Shown here: positions 41,561-52,745 of the stretch, piece by piece
Position numbering within the stretch: position 1 is the stretch's first letter
Layout of the letters: every line of letters begins with the position of its first letter
The notes under the pieces: generated by a model
What the model saw: the letters and a program-made list of their open reading frames with translations, nothing else
What the model was told of the DNA's origin: nothing
The model's database searches: none
Assembly: GCA_048937405.1 (NCBI GenBank)
Contig: JBHLNF010000010.1
Span: 21,338-85,337, forward strand
Reading direction: 5' to 3'
Origin: Promethearchaeota archaeon
Lineage (GTDB): Archaea; Asgardarchaeota; Lokiarchaeia; Sigyniarchaeales; SOKP01
Length of the DNA: 64,000 bases
Made by a program: the position numbers and the translations under genes

Positions 41561-42688
41561 ATGGAATTGAAAACTCTTTATAGTCCTGAAAAAATAGCAA
41601 ATATTCAAATAAAAAATAGAATTGTTCGCTCAGCCACCTTTATGGCAAGTTCAGAAAAATATGGGTATGTCGGAGAAAATCTTATTAATATTAACAGCAA
41701 ATTAGCAAGTGGAGGTACCGGATTGATAATATCAGGTTATACTGCTGTAGATCCAGGCGGTACTGCAAGTCCCTATCAGGAGTGCATATATAATGACTCC
41801 TTTATCCCGGGTCAAAAGAAATTAGTGAAAGCGGTTCATGAATATCCAGATGTAAAATTTGCTCTTCAAATAGCGCATACAGGTCGATTAGGGTATCATC
41901 CTAAATATCCAACGGTAGCACCATCACCTATCCCTGTAAAGGAAACAGGTATAATACCACGAGAATTAACATCTGAAGAAATTGAAGAACTAGTACAGAA
42001 GTTTATAGATTCAGGAAGAAGAGGGTATGAATGTGGCTATGACATGGTTCAATTACATGCTGCTCATGGATACTTTTTAAGTAATTTTATTTCACCATAT
42101 ACGAATAAAAGAACAGATGAATATGGTGGAAGTATTGAAAATAGAGCTAGAATTATAATTAATATATATAATGGTTTAAGAGATGAATTAGGTAAGGATT
42201 TTCCAATAATGATTAAACTCCAGATTGATGATTTTATCCCAAATGGGCTTCAATTTGAAGAGGGGATTAAATTTGCTAAATTATTCTCTGAGATTGGTTT
42301 TGATGCTATTGAGCCGAGTGGAGGTAGTGAAGAAACAAGAGTGTTAACAAAAAAATCATATCCTTCTCTAATTATTAAATCCTCGGATGATGAGAATTAT
42401 TTCTTACCTTACGCTAAAAAAATAAAACCATTAATGAAGAATTGTAAATTAATTTTAGTGGGTGGTATTAGAGATCCACTACAAGCTAATAAAATCATTC
42501 AAGATAAAAATACGGATTTTATTTCCTTATGTAGACCTTTAATATATGAACCAGATCTTCCAAATCGTTGGAAAGCAGGAGATCATTCACCAGCAAAATG
42601 CATTAGTTGCAATAATTGTTTTCCAAGATTTAGAGATGGTACAGTATATTGTGTAACTAAAAATCAGTTAAAAAAAAAAAAAAAATAA
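41561..42688 (+). CDS. NADH:flavin oxidoreductase (OYE-like) 1
   Basis: KNRIVRSAT, QLHAAHGY, NKRTDEYGG, C-terminal CISCNNC. Confidence 0.94.
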   Translation: MELKTLYSPEKIANIQIKNRIVRSATFMASSEKYGYVGENLININSKLASGGTGLIISGYTAVDPGGTASPYQECIYNDSFIPGQKKLVKAVHEYPDVKFALQIAHTGRLGYHPKYPTVAPSPIPVKETGIIPRELTSEEIEELVQKFIDSGRRGYECGYDMVQLHAAHGYFLSNFISPYTNKRTDEYGGSIENRARIIINIYNGLRDELGKDFPIMIKLQIDDFIPNGLQFEEGIKFAKLFSEIGFDAIEPSGGSEETRVLTKKSYPSLIIKSSDDENYFLPYAKKIKPLMKNCKLILVGGIRDPLQANKIIQDKNTDFISLCRPLIYEPDLPNRWKAGDHSPAKCISCNNCFPRFRDGTVYCVTKNQLKKKKK

Positions 42689-42856
42689 TATAATTTTGTG
42701 GAAAATATAGAGATTCTTAAGGCTCTGTGCATGGAATGATAGTATGGTAATGATTAACGATTTCCCCTCTTTTTATTTTTATCATAGGTATCCCTTCACT
42801 TTAATAAAAATAGCATATAATTTATTATAATAAAAATATTATCAAAAACGATTAGA

Positions 42857-43981
42857 ATGGTATTGGATACTTTATTCAGTCCAAAAAATATTGGAAATGT
42901 TCAAATAAAAAATCGTATAGTACGAAGTGCGACTTTTACGAATACAGCAGAGAAATATGGTTATATTGGAGATAAATTCATTGAACTTTATGAAATTTTA
43001 GCTAAAGGAGGTACTGGATTAATCATTACAGAAGCAATGGCGGTCGATCCAAGTGGAACTGGAGGTCCATATCAAGCATGTTTGTATGATGATTCACATA
43101 ATCCTGGACACAAAAAACTAGTAAATAAAGTTCATGAATCTAGTGATACAAAAATTGCCATTCAACTTGTTCATACAGGGCGTTTAGGTTATCATCCTAA
43201 ATATCCAACGGTAGCACCATCACCTATCCCTGTAAAGGAAACTGGTATTACACCGAAAGAATTATCTACTGAAGAGGTATACGAATTTATACAAAAATTT
43301 GTTACATCTGGTATAAGAGCTTATGAATGTGGATATGATATGGTACAACTTCACGCAGCTCATGGTTATTTCCTTAGCAATTTTATATCACCCTTTACTA
43401 ATAAGCGAAATGATGATTTTGGAGGGTCAATTCAAAAGAGGACAAAAATTTTAATAGATATATATAATGGCATTAGAGATGAAATCGGGAAGAAATTCCC
43501 TATTTTAATAAAACTCCAAGTAGTAGATGCCATTCCAAATGGGTTAATAGAAAAGGAAGGGATTAAACTTGCTAAAATCCTTACTGACGCTGGTTTTGAT
43601 GCAATTGAACCAAGTGGAGGAAGTAGAGAATCGCAGATGTTTGAAAAAAATACTTTTCCTAGTAAAGTGGTTAAAAAGCCTGAGGATGAAAATTATTTCT
43701 TACCAATCGCAAAAAAAATAAAACCAATTTTGAAAAATTGTGCTTTAATACTCGTAGGAGGAATTAGAAATCCCATGTCGGTTGAATCAATTCTACAAAA
43801 TAATGATGTTGATTTTGTTTCATTGAGTAGACCTCTAATTTATGAACCAGAACTTCCTAACCGTTGGCAAAAGGGTGATACTTCGCCAGCGAAATGCATA
43901 AGTTGTAATTCTTGCTATACAATTATGGAAAAAGGAGTTCCTGTTTATTGCGTAACTAAAAAGAATCTAGAAAATAAATGA
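42857..43981 (+). CDS. NADH:flavin oxidoreductase (OYE-like) 2
   Basis: Tandem paralog of 41561-42688 with the same motifs. Confidence 0.94.
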   Translation: MVLDTLFSPKNIGNVQIKNRIVRSATFTNTAEKYGYIGDKFIELYEILAKGGTGLIITEAMAVDPSGTGGPYQACLYDDSHNPGHKKLVNKVHESSDTKIAIQLVHTGRLGYHPKYPTVAPSPIPVKETGITPKELSTEEVYEFIQKFVTSGIRAYECGYDMVQLHAAHGYFLSNFISPFTNKRNDDFGGSIQKRTKILIDIYNGIRDEIGKKFPILIKLQVVDAIPNGLIEKEGIKLAKILTDAGFDAIEPSGGSRESQMFEKNTFPSKVVKKPEDENYFLPIAKKIKPILKNCALILVGGIRNPMSVESILQNNDVDFVSLSRPLIYEPELPNRWQKGDTSPAKCISCNSCYTIMEKGVPVYCVTKKNLENK

Positions 43982-44069
43982 TATGGTAAAACGATTTGAT
44001 AAATAATCATCAAAAAATCTATAAAATAAACATTCTAAAATGAATTCAAGGAGTATTTAAATTAGAATT

Positions 44070-44981
44070 ATGAGTAAAACAGCATATACTGGCCATCTAT
44101 TTCAATTTCGCTCAATAGAGAGGAAGAGACTGATTTTATCTCTATCGATCACTTTAATTGTTTTGATTTTAGAGATTATTGGAGGTTTAGTAACCAATAG
44201 TATTGCTTTAATCAGTGATGCTGGTCATATGTTTACACATGCTTTCGCAATTGCAGTAAGTTTATTAGCAAATTTTATTGCAGGAAAACCATCATGTCAC
44301 CATAAAACTTTTGGTATGTATCGTGCAGAAGTTTTAGCTGCTTTTATAAATGGAATACTTCTAATTCCAATTGTTGGATTTATACTATATGAATCTATCC
44401 TAAGATTTATAAGCCCTAAAGAGATTTTTGGATATTATATGTTAATAGTAGCTTTTATTGGTCTTGGTGTGAATTTATCAAGCATTATTATACTTCAAGG
44501 AAGCAAAAATGTAAGTTTAAATATAAGAAGTGTATTTTATCATATGATTGCTGATGCAGCATCATCTATAGGAATTGTAATTGCCGCAATCATTATTATA
44601 TATACTGGATTGGTTATTCTGGATCCTATAGTAAGTATAGGGATATCTATAGTTATTATTTATTGGGCATATGGAATTTTAAAAGAATCCACTCGTATTC
44701 TACTTGAGATGGCACCAAAGGGAATGAATATAGATAATATCAATGAGGAATTAAAAAAGAATTTTCCAGAAATAATAGATTTATATAATGCTCACCTATG
44801 GACAATCATTCCAAATATACTTGTATATTCTGTGCATATTAAACTAAATGATAAACAGAGAAATGAAAATCAAGAAGAACTTATTTTAAAAATGAATGAT
44901 TTCCTATCCCAAAAATTTAAAATTATCGAATCAACGATACAGATTATACCAAAAAATATGTCAGTAACATGTAATATTTGA
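44070..44981 (+). CDS. Cation diffusion facilitator (CzcD-like)
   Basis: SIALISDAGHM, TFG.YRAE, HMIAD, HLW. Confidence 0.94.
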   Translation: MSKTAYTGHLFQFRSIERKRLILSLSITLIVLILEIIGGLVTNSIALISDAGHMFTHAFAIAVSLLANFIAGKPSCHHKTFGMYRAEVLAAFINGILLIPIVGFILYESILRFISPKEIFGYYMLIVAFIGLGVNLSSIIILQGSKNVSLNIRSVFYHMIADAASSIGIVIAAIIIIYTGLVILDPIVSIGISIVIIYWAYGILKESTRILLEMAPKGMNIDNINEELKKNFPEIIDLYNAHLWTIIPNILVYSVHIKLNDKQRNENQEELILKMNDFLSQKFKIIESTIQIIPKNMSVTCNI

Positions 44982-45084
44982 AAGTTAATATTTTAAAAAT
45001 ATAAAATAAACATTTAAATAAAGTTCTAACCGAAAAATATTAAGAAAAAAAATTTTATCATTAAAATAAAAAGAGGATTTTAAA

Positions 45085-45519
45085 ATGTCATCCGAAAAGA
45101 AAGTAGACCCTTTTGCTGTAATAATTTTGGTATTAAGTATAATTGGGATAATTTTAGTCGCAAGTCAATATTTTGCTGGTTTTTATCTGGGTGGAGGGAA
45201 TTATAGATATTCTTGTTTAGATTGTGAATATGCTACATACGTCGATTTAGCAGCACAGATAATAATAATAATTTTGCTAATAGTACAAATAATTGTTGTT
45301 GTAAATGATTTACTTCCAAACAGGTTTATTGAAAAAAATCTTGACTTAATTGGGATAGTTTTGAGTGGTCTTACTATACTTTTTACTATAATAGGATTAG
45401 GTGCTTTTGGCCTTAAATATAGACTATATGAATGGTGGCCTGAAACAGGTTTTTATGGAGCGATTATTGCGGGAATACTCAACCTTATATTGTTTTTCTT
45501 AAAATATAAAAATAGATAA
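45085..45519 (+). CDS. 4-TM membrane protein
   Basis: Four hydrophobic segments with CLDC in the first loop. Confidence 0.75.
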   Translation: MSSEKKVDPFAVIILVLSIIGIILVASQYFAGFYLGGGNYRYSCLDCEYATYVDLAAQIIIIILLIVQIIVVVNDLLPNRFIEKNLDLIGIVLSGLTILFTIIGLGAFGLKYRLYEWWPETGFYGAIIAGILNLILFFLKYKNR

Positions 45520-45630
45520 TTTCTTCATTTTTACCTTTTTTTTTGAATTTTCAAAATAATTTGGTAATTGTAAATTAAGTTTTTTAAATTCAATACTTTT
45601 TCTACATTAGAATTTTGAGTAGATTAGATA

Positions 45631-46809
45631 ATGGAAAAAACTTATAAATCAAATATTTACAAAATTTATATTTTTTCGTTTATTTTGGGTATTCATACCG
45701 TTAGAGCGGTATATATCCCATTTATGATGGATTGGGGGGGCCTTTCCTTTTTCCAAATCATGATTTTACAAAGTTACTTTACAGCAATGATTGTTATACT
45801 TGAAATTCCTTCTGGGGCAATAGCAGATTTCTTGGGTCGTAGATTAGCTTTAATTTTATCCACATTTTCAGTTGCAAGTGCCGCGTTCACATATGGTATC
45901 ATCCCTAACTTTTTTTTATTTATGCTTGCTGAAACTTTATGGGCTTTTGGTGTAGCTTTAAGTTCTGGAACGAATGAAGCTTTTGTTTATTTTTCTTTAA
46001 AGTCATATGGTAAAGAAAAGGATCTCTCAACGATTTTGGGAAAATCTCAGACTTTAAATTTGATTGCTTTGACGATTTCTGCTCCTATAGGTTCTCTTAT
46101 CGCACAATTTATCTCTCTACAATTTACTATGACATGTTTAGCTATTATTTATATTGGAGCTCTAATTGTAGCTTTTACATTTAAAGAACCAAAATTAACA
46201 GATAATAATTATAAACAGGAAAGTTATTGGAAGATAATAATATCTGGATTTAAAGAATTGAAAAAAAATAATATACTTAAGAGCTTAGCTTTTGACTTGA
46301 TTCCAATAAATGTTTTAATATTTTTTTTATTTTGGACATATCAAGTATATTTAGATGTTATTAACATTCCAATATTCGTTTTTGGATTTATTTTATCTTT
46401 TATGAATATTATAAATGCTATTTTTTCTATTTTAATCCCTTATTTATTGAAAAAATCTTCCAATAAGAAGATATTTTTAATTATTATTAATTTAATAAAT
46501 GGTATAGCCTTTATTTCATTAGGATTCACTACAATCATCCCTATCGGTATTGCCATAATTCTTATAATTGTAGCTTTCGGTTACACAAGATATTTTATAT
46601 TTGTTAATGGGATAAATTTACAGATTGAATCTGAGAATAGAGCTACAGTCCTTAGCACAATAAATATGTTTGGGAGCCTTATTAGAGCACTTATTTATCC
46701 TTTCATAGGGCTCATCGTAGAGTGGAATGTATTTGCTGTTTTTATTAGTACAGGAATATTAATCTTAGTCTTGACAATTTTCACTCGTTCTAAAAGCGAA
46801 TACCTTTAA
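45631..46809 (+). CDS. MFS transporter
   Basis: EIPSGAIADFLGRR motif A, about 12 TM, RATVLS. Confidence 0.93.
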   Translation: MEKTYKSNIYKIYIFSFILGIHTVRAVYIPFMMDWGGLSFFQIMILQSYFTAMIVILEIPSGAIADFLGRRLALILSTFSVASAAFTYGIIPNFFLFMLAETLWAFGVALSSGTNEAFVYFSLKSYGKEKDLSTILGKSQTLNLIALTISAPIGSLIAQFISLQFTMTCLAIIYIGALIVAFTFKEPKLTDNNYKQESYWKIIISGFKELKKNNILKSLAFDLIPINVLIFFLFWTYQVYLDVINIPIFVFGFILSFMNIINAIFSILIPYLLKKSSNKKIFLIIINLINGIAFISLGFTTIIPIGIAIILIIVAFGYTRYFIFVNGINLQIESENRATVLSTINMFGSLIRALIYPFIGLIVEWNVFAVFISTGILILVLTIFTRSKSEYL

Positions 46810-46850
46810 AAGAAGTAAAAAATTTAAGAAGAGGGGGTTGTGATGTATTT

Positions 46851-48545
46851 TTAACCTTCTTTTTCAGCCCTTTCTCTTAATTTCCTACGAAAAATTTTAC
46901 CTACTGCAGTTCTTGGTAATACAGTTATGAATTCTACTATTCTTGGATATTTATATCCTGCTAGTTTATCTTTTGACCATTCAATAATATCTTGCTCTGT
47001 TACTTTTCCTTGATATTCTGGTTTAAGAGCTATATAGGCTTTAATATTTTCACCAATATTCGGATCAGGAGCTGAAACTACTCCAACTTCCAAAACTGCT
47101 GGATGTTCATGTAATTTTTCTTCAACTTCTTTAGGCATAACTTTATAGCCTTTATATTTTATAATATCTTTGGTCCGTCCCTCTATATAAAAATAGCCCC
47201 GCTCATCCATTCGAGCTAAATCTCCTGTTCTGAGCCAATCACCAGCAAAAGCTTCTGCTGTAGCTTTGGGATTTTTCCAATAGCCCTTCATTACTTGGGG
47301 TCCTTTAATTAATAATTCTCCTACTTCACCAATAGGGAGTTCTTCTAATGTATCAGGATTTACGATTTTTGCATCTGTATCGACTAATGGGACACCTATA
47401 CTTTCCGGAATTCTTTCGGGTAACCATCTAAATTGACTATGAGTCGCTGGTGAAGCCTCAGTTAGACCAAATCCTTGACCGACTTTAAATCCAACTACCT
47501 CTTCCCATTTTCTATTTATTACCGGAGGTAATGTTGCGGATCCAGATGATGCACCTTCTAGACTTGTAAGATCTCGTTTGTAAAAATCGGGAGAATTAAC
47601 TAACATCTGATACATTACTGGTACACCTGAAAAAGTTTTACATTTATAATATTCAATTGCTTCTAAAACTTCGGTTGGATTAAATGAGCTAAACATAACT
47701 AACATTGAGGCGACTATTGAAGCTATAATCAAGACAAAAAAACCAAAGCTATGACAAACAGGGAGCAGTATTAAACCTACCCCTGTACCATAAAGATCTT
47801 TAGGATCCTCTCTGGATTCTCTGGAACTCTGGCCAAAACATATAATGTCGGAAATTAGATTAAAATGTGTTAACATGACTCCTTTAGGTAATCCTGTGGT
47901 ACCTCCTGTATATAATAATGCTGCTAAATCATTCACAGGGTCTACTTCAATATCAGGCGCTTTTGCTTCTTTATCTTTTATAAATTCTTCTAGAGTAATA
48001 GTTTCGGGTCTAGCCTCCTCTGCTTGAAGTAAAATTATATTTTTTATTTGAATCTTTTTTCGTACTTTTTTGATTGTTCTGAAAAGACTTTTATGGACAA
48101 AAACTACGTTAATATTTCCTGCATCTCTAATGATATGCGTCACATCTTCCTCTTTGAGAAGCGGATTTATTGGAACAACAGCTGCACCAGTCGACATGAT
48201 TCCTACACAACAAAATAAAAACTCGGGGCAATTAGCAGTCATAATGCCAACAGCATCCCCTTTTTTTATGCCTTGTTCGTATAAAGCATTAGCTATTTTG
48301 TCTGATATATAAAGCATTTCACGATAAGTGTACTTTTTATCTGTTGGTTTATAATAAACACAGACATTGTTAGGAAAGTCTGATGCTGATCGTCTGATAC
48401 GTTCATGTATAGGGATTGGTTCAAATTTTACTGTTTTTGGAATATAATCTGGTTTAAGTTTTAACCATGGACGATCCAAACTTTCGAGGTAAGGAGATTC
48501 ATTGTCATAATCTGGTATTGATTCCCAATCTGAATAATCCTTCAT
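46851..48545 (-). CDS. Long-chain acyl-CoA ligase (AMP-forming) 1
   Basis: YTGGTTGLPKG, GFGLTE, RTGD, GRTKD, GKIFRR. Confidence 0.95.
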   Translation of the reverse strand: MKDYSDWESIPDYDNESPYLESLDRPWLKLKPDYIPKTVKFEPIPIHERIRRSASDFPNNVCVYYKPTDKKYTYREMLYISDKIANALYEQGIKKGDAVGIMTANCPEFLFCCVGIMSTGAAVVPINPLLKEEDVTHIIRDAGNINVVFVHKSLFRTIKKVRKKIQIKNIILLQAEEARPETITLEEFIKDKEAKAPDIEVDPVNDLAALLYTGGTTGLPKGVMLTHFNLISDIICFGQSSRESREDPKDLYGTGVGLILLPVCHSFGFFVLIIASIVASMLVMFSSFNPTEVLEAIEYYKCKTFSGVPVMYQMLVNSPDFYKRDLTSLEGASSGSATLPPVINRKWEEVVGFKVGQGFGLTEASPATHSQFRWLPERIPESIGVPLVDTDAKIVNPDTLEELPIGEVGELLIKGPQVMKGYWKNPKATAEAFAGDWLRTGDLARMDERGYFYIEGRTKDIIKYKGYKVMPKEVEEKLHEHPAVLEVGVVSAPDPNIGENIKAYIALKPEYQGKVTEQDIIEWSKDKLAGYKYPRIVEFITVLPRTAVGKIFRRKLRERAEKEG

Positions 48546-48696
48546 AATAAAGACTCTTTAAGTTTAATTTTATAATAATTTCAAATTAGACTAGGCAAAC
48601 AATATAATAGAAAATAACAACTTTCTTTATAAAAATATTTCTCTGAAAAACAAACAGAAATTTTATCAAGATTATCAGAAAAAAAAATAAAAAAGA

Positions 48697-50415
48697 TTAA
48701 GAAGAGGAGGTTTCGATGTATTTTTCACCTTCTTTTTCAGCCCTTTCTCTTAATTTCCTACGAAAAATTTTACCTACTGCAGTTCTTGGTAATACAGTTA
48801 TGAATTCTACTATACGTGGATATTTATATCCTGCTAATTTTTCTTTTGACCATTCAATAATATCTTGTTCTGTTACTTTTCCTTGGTATTCCGGCTTAAG
48901 AGCTATATAGGCTTTAATTGTTTCACCAATATTCGGATCAGGGGCAGAAACTACTCCTACTTCTAAAATTGCTGGATGTTCATATAATTTTTCTTCAATT
49001 TCTTTAGGCATTACTTTATAACCTTTATATTTTATAATATCTTTGGTCCGTCCCTCTATATAAAAAAGTCCTCGTTCATCCATTCTGGCTAAATCTCCTG
49101 TTCTGAGCCAATCACCAACAAAAGCTTCTGCTGTAGCTTCGGGATTTTTCCAATAGCCCTTCATTACTTGGGGTCCTTTAATTAATAATTCCCCAACCTC
49201 TCCAATAGGGAGTTCCTCCAATGTGTCTGGATTTACGATTTTTGCATCAGTATCGACTATTGGGATACCTATACTTTCGGGTACTTTCTCTAACCATCTT
49301 GGTTGATAATGTGTAATTGGTGAAGCTTCAGTTAGACCAAATCCTTGACTTACTTTAATTCCAACTACATCTTCCCATTTTTTATTTAATTCTAAAGCTA
49401 ATGCTGCAGATCCGGATCCTGCACTTTCAATAAATGAAAAATCTCGTTTAGCAAAATCGGGTGAATTAACTAACATCTGATACATCACAGGTACTCCTGT
49501 AAAGGTTTTAGGTCTATAGTATTCTATTGCATCCAAAATTTCAGTTGGATTAAATGAGCCAAACATAACTAACATTGCGGCAATTACCGATGATACAATT
49601 AAGACTTGAAAACCAAAACTATGACAAATAGGTAATACTAGTAAACTTACTCGTTTGCCATAAAGATCTTCAGGATCTTCAAAACCTTCTCTATTAGTAT
49701 TCATGGAACACAATGTATTGGAAATTAGATTAAAATGTGTTAACATGACTCCTTTAGGTAATCCTGTGGTACCTCCTGTATATAATAATGCTGCTAAATC
49801 ATTCACAGGGTCTACTTCAATATCAGGCGCTTTTGCTTCTTTATCTTTTATAAATTCTTCTAGAGTAATAGTTTCGGGTTTGGCCTCCTCTGCTTGAAGT
49901 AAAATTACATTTTTTACTGAAATCTTCTTTCGTACCTTTTTCATTGTTCTGAAAAGATTTTTATGGACAAAAACTGTGTCGATATTTCCAGCATCACTAA
50001 TAATATGGATCACATCTTCCTCTTTGAGAAGTGGATTTATTGGAACAACAGCTGCACCAGTTGCCATGATCCCTACACAACAAAACAAAAATTCGGGGCA
50101 ATTTCCTGTCATAATACCAACTGCATTGCCTTTTTTTATGCCCTCTTCGTATAATGCATTAGCTATTTTGTCTGATATATGAAGCATTTCACGATATGTG
50201 TACTTTTTATCTGTTGGTTTATAATAAACACAGACATTATTAGGATATTCCAATGCTGCTAGCTTGATGCGTTCATGTATAGGAATTGGTTCAAATTTTA
50301 CTGTTTTTGGAATATAATCAGGCATAATTTTTCTCCATGGACGATCCATAGTTTCAAGGTAAGGAGAATCATTATCGTAATCTGGTATGGCTTCCCAACC
50401 TGAATAATCCTTCAT
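48697..50415 (-). CDS. Long-chain acyl-CoA ligase 2
   Basis: Same motifs. ATG 50415 matches the paralog start MKDYS. Confidence 0.95.
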   Translation of the reverse strand: MKDYSGWEAIPDYDNDSPYLETMDRPWRKIMPDYIPKTVKFEPIPIHERIKLAALEYPNNVCVYYKPTDKKYTYREMLHISDKIANALYEEGIKKGNAVGIMTGNCPEFLFCCVGIMATGAAVVPINPLLKEEDVIHIISDAGNIDTVFVHKNLFRTMKKVRKKISVKNVILLQAEEAKPETITLEEFIKDKEAKAPDIEVDPVNDLAALLYTGGTTGLPKGVMLTHFNLISNTLCSMNTNREGFEDPEDLYGKRVSLLVLPICHSFGFQVLIVSSVIAAMLVMFGSFNPTEILDAIEYYRPKTFTGVPVMYQMLVNSPDFAKRDFSFIESAGSGSAALALELNKKWEDVVGIKVSQGFGLTEASPITHYQPRWLEKVPESIGIPIVDTDAKIVNPDTLEELPIGEVGELLIKGPQVMKGYWKNPEATAEAFVGDWLRTGDLARMDERGLFYIEGRTKDIIKYKGYKVMPKEIEEKLYEHPAILEVGVVSAPDPNIGETIKAYIALKPEYQGKVTEQDIIEWSKEKLAGYKYPRIVEFITVLPRTAVGKIFRRKLRERAEKEGEKYIETSSS

Positions 50416-50575
50416 AATTTCTTTTAACCTCACATACTATTTTTATATTTATATCAAACTAGATTGATAATGTTATAAAAAATTATATTTTAGTATTTAA
50501 ATATCTAACACTATGAACAGAATTGATATTTCACTGATAATAATAAAACTAAAAAAAAATAATTTGTAATGTTAG

Positions 50576-52279
50576 TTATTTATTTTTCTCAATCTCTCTA
50601 TCGCGTAATATTCTTCTGAATATTTTTCCTACAGCAGTTCGAGGTAATGAGTCCAAAAATTCTACTTGTCGTGGATATTTATAAGCAGCCATCTTATCCT
50701 TTGACCATTCGATAATCTCTTGTTCAGATATTTTTCCTTTGTATTCTGGTTTGAGCGCAATAAATGCTTTTATATTTTCCCCAATATTTGGATCAGGAAC
50801 AGAAACCACACCTACTTCTAAGACAGCGGGGTGTTCAAATAATTTCTCTTCAACCTCTCTCGGCATTACTTTGTACCCTTTGTATTTTATCATATCTTTG
50901 GTTCGTCCTTCAATATAAAAATAACCCCGCTCATCCATTCGAGCTAAATCACCGGTTCTTAGCCAATCCCCAACAAGAACCTCTGCTGTTGCCTCTGGTC
51001 TTTTCCAATATCCCTTCATGATTTGAGGCCCTTTAACTAATAATTCTCCAACCTCTCCAATAGGGAGTTCTTCTAACGTGTCTGGATTTACTATTTTTGC
51101 ATCTGTGTCAAGGACTGGCATACCTATACTTGCTGGAATTATTTCGGGGAACCATCTAGCTTGCCCATGGGTGACTGGTGATGCCTCAGTTAAGCCATAT
51201 CCTTGCATTACTTTAAATCCTACTACTTCTTCCCATCTCTTATTCAATTCTGGAGCAAGAGCGGCAGAACCACAACCCGACTCTTGTAAACTTGAAAGAT
51301 CTCGTTTAGTAAAATTAGGTGAATTGATTAACATTTGATACATAACAGGTACACCTACAAACTGATCACACCTATAGTATTCAATTGTTTCTAATACCTC
51401 AGAAGGATTAAAAGAAGATAACATTATAAGCATACGAGCTGTGTGAAGACTTGTAAGCGCTACTATGAAGCCAAAAGAGTGACATAAAGGTAAAACCGCT
51501 AAACGAGTACCTGTGCCATAATAACTCTTATCTTCTCTTTCTAATTCTGCATCTCGTTGACCATATATAACAGAAAGAGCGTTTGCAACTAAATTATTAT
51601 GAGTTAACATAACACCTTTTGGTAGTCCCGTTGTTCCCCCTGTATACAATAGTGAAGCGATATCGTTGGTGGGATCAATCTCCACTTGTGGAGCTTTAGG
51701 TGGTTTATCTTTGATGAATTCTTCATATCTAACAGCCCCTTCTTCAGCTTTTTCAGCACCCAATAAAATTACATTCTCTATATCAACTGTTTCTTGCGCT
51801 TTTTTAACAACTGGATAATTAGCTTTATGTACAAATATAGTATTAATATTTCCAGCATCACTAGCAACATGAATTACAGAATCTTCTCTTAAAAGAGCGT
51901 TAATGGGAATTACCATAGCTCCTGTTTCCAATATTCCAGTAGTACAAAATAAAAATTCAGGGCAATTTGGTGTCATAATTGCTACACCATCAGATTTCTT
52001 TACGCCAATTTCATTTAAAGCATAGGCGGTTTGATCTGATATGTGAAGGAAATCTCTAAAAGTATAATGCTTATCTTGAGGTTTGTAGTATACGCATACA
52101 GTGTTCGCATATTTCTCAGCATTCAACCTTGCAAAAGTGTGTACGGGTATAGGATCGAATTTTATTGCTTTTGGCATAGTATCTGGAGAGAACTTTAACC
52201 ATGGACGATCCTTACTTTCAAGGTAAGGAGAATCATTATCATAGTCATTATATGGTGCCCAATTTGAATAATCTATCAT
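50576..52279 (-). CDS. Long-chain acyl-CoA ligase 3
   Basis: Same motifs, more diverged paralog. Confidence 0.95.
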   Translation of the reverse strand: MIDYSNWAPYNDYDNDSPYLESKDRPWLKFSPDTMPKAIKFDPIPVHTFARLNAEKYANTVCVYYKPQDKHYTFRDFLHISDQTAYALNEIGVKKSDGVAIMTPNCPEFLFCTTGILETGAMVIPINALLREDSVIHVASDAGNINTIFVHKANYPVVKKAQETVDIENVILLGAEKAEEGAVRYEEFIKDKPPKAPQVEIDPTNDIASLLYTGGTTGLPKGVMLTHNNLVANALSVIYGQRDAELEREDKSYYGTGTRLAVLPLCHSFGFIVALTSLHTARMLIMLSSFNPSEVLETIEYYRCDQFVGVPVMYQMLINSPNFTKRDLSSLQESGCGSAALAPELNKRWEEVVGFKVMQGYGLTEASPVTHGQARWFPEIIPASIGMPVLDTDAKIVNPDTLEELPIGEVGELLVKGPQIMKGYWKRPEATAEVLVGDWLRTGDLARMDERGYFYIEGRTKDMIKYKGYKVMPREVEEKLFEHPAVLEVGVVSVPDPNIGENIKAFIALKPEYKGKISEQEIIEWSKDKMAAYKYPRQVEFLDSLPRTAVGKIFRRILRDREIEKNK

Positions 52280-52384
52280 ATAACATCACATCTTTAATAT
52301 AGATTTTTTTGTGTTAATAAAAATAAATTATAATAGAATTTAAATTTAGAAATATAAAAGTGTTTCCTCAGAAAAAAAAAAGAA

Positions 52385-52726
52385 CTATAACCATGATATT
52401 ACTTGCCGATTATTAACTAAAATATCAACAAGGTCTTCATAACCAATTGCATTAATATTTCTTCTTAAATCTCCCAAATCCATTCCTCGAGCTAGAATAT
52501 CTGAAGTTAAAACTTTAATTGATATTGGCATTTGGAGTAATCTTTCTAAAGTACGGGGGAGTTTGCTTTTCTGAGTGACCCCTATAACTCCATCGTGAAG
52601 TAAAACTAAAATGATTTTTATATTTTTTCTGATTTGTTCATTAAAAATCTTTAGTAAACTTTCTGATTTATCTTGTTGCCTTAAACTAAATCCATATAAA
52701 TAAACCATTCCTTTTTCTTGATTCAT
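52385..52726 (-). CDS. DsrH/TusB-like sulfur relay protein
   Basis: LLHDGV, DILARG, YEDLVD, C-terminal ISWL. Third gene of the operon. Confidence 0.82.
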   Translation of the reverse strand: MNQEKGMVYLYGFSLRQQDKSESLLKIFNEQIRKNIKIILVLLHDGVIGVTQKSKLPRTLERLLQMPISIKVLTSDILARGMDLGDLRRNINAIGYEDLVDILVNNRQVISWL

Positions 52727-52745
52727 TATATATCCTTTTAATCTT

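Noticed and set aside
42669-42685. Poly-A tract as a phase-variation site
   Set aside because: It lies at the extreme 3' end of the OYE gene, so slippage would change only a few terminal residues.
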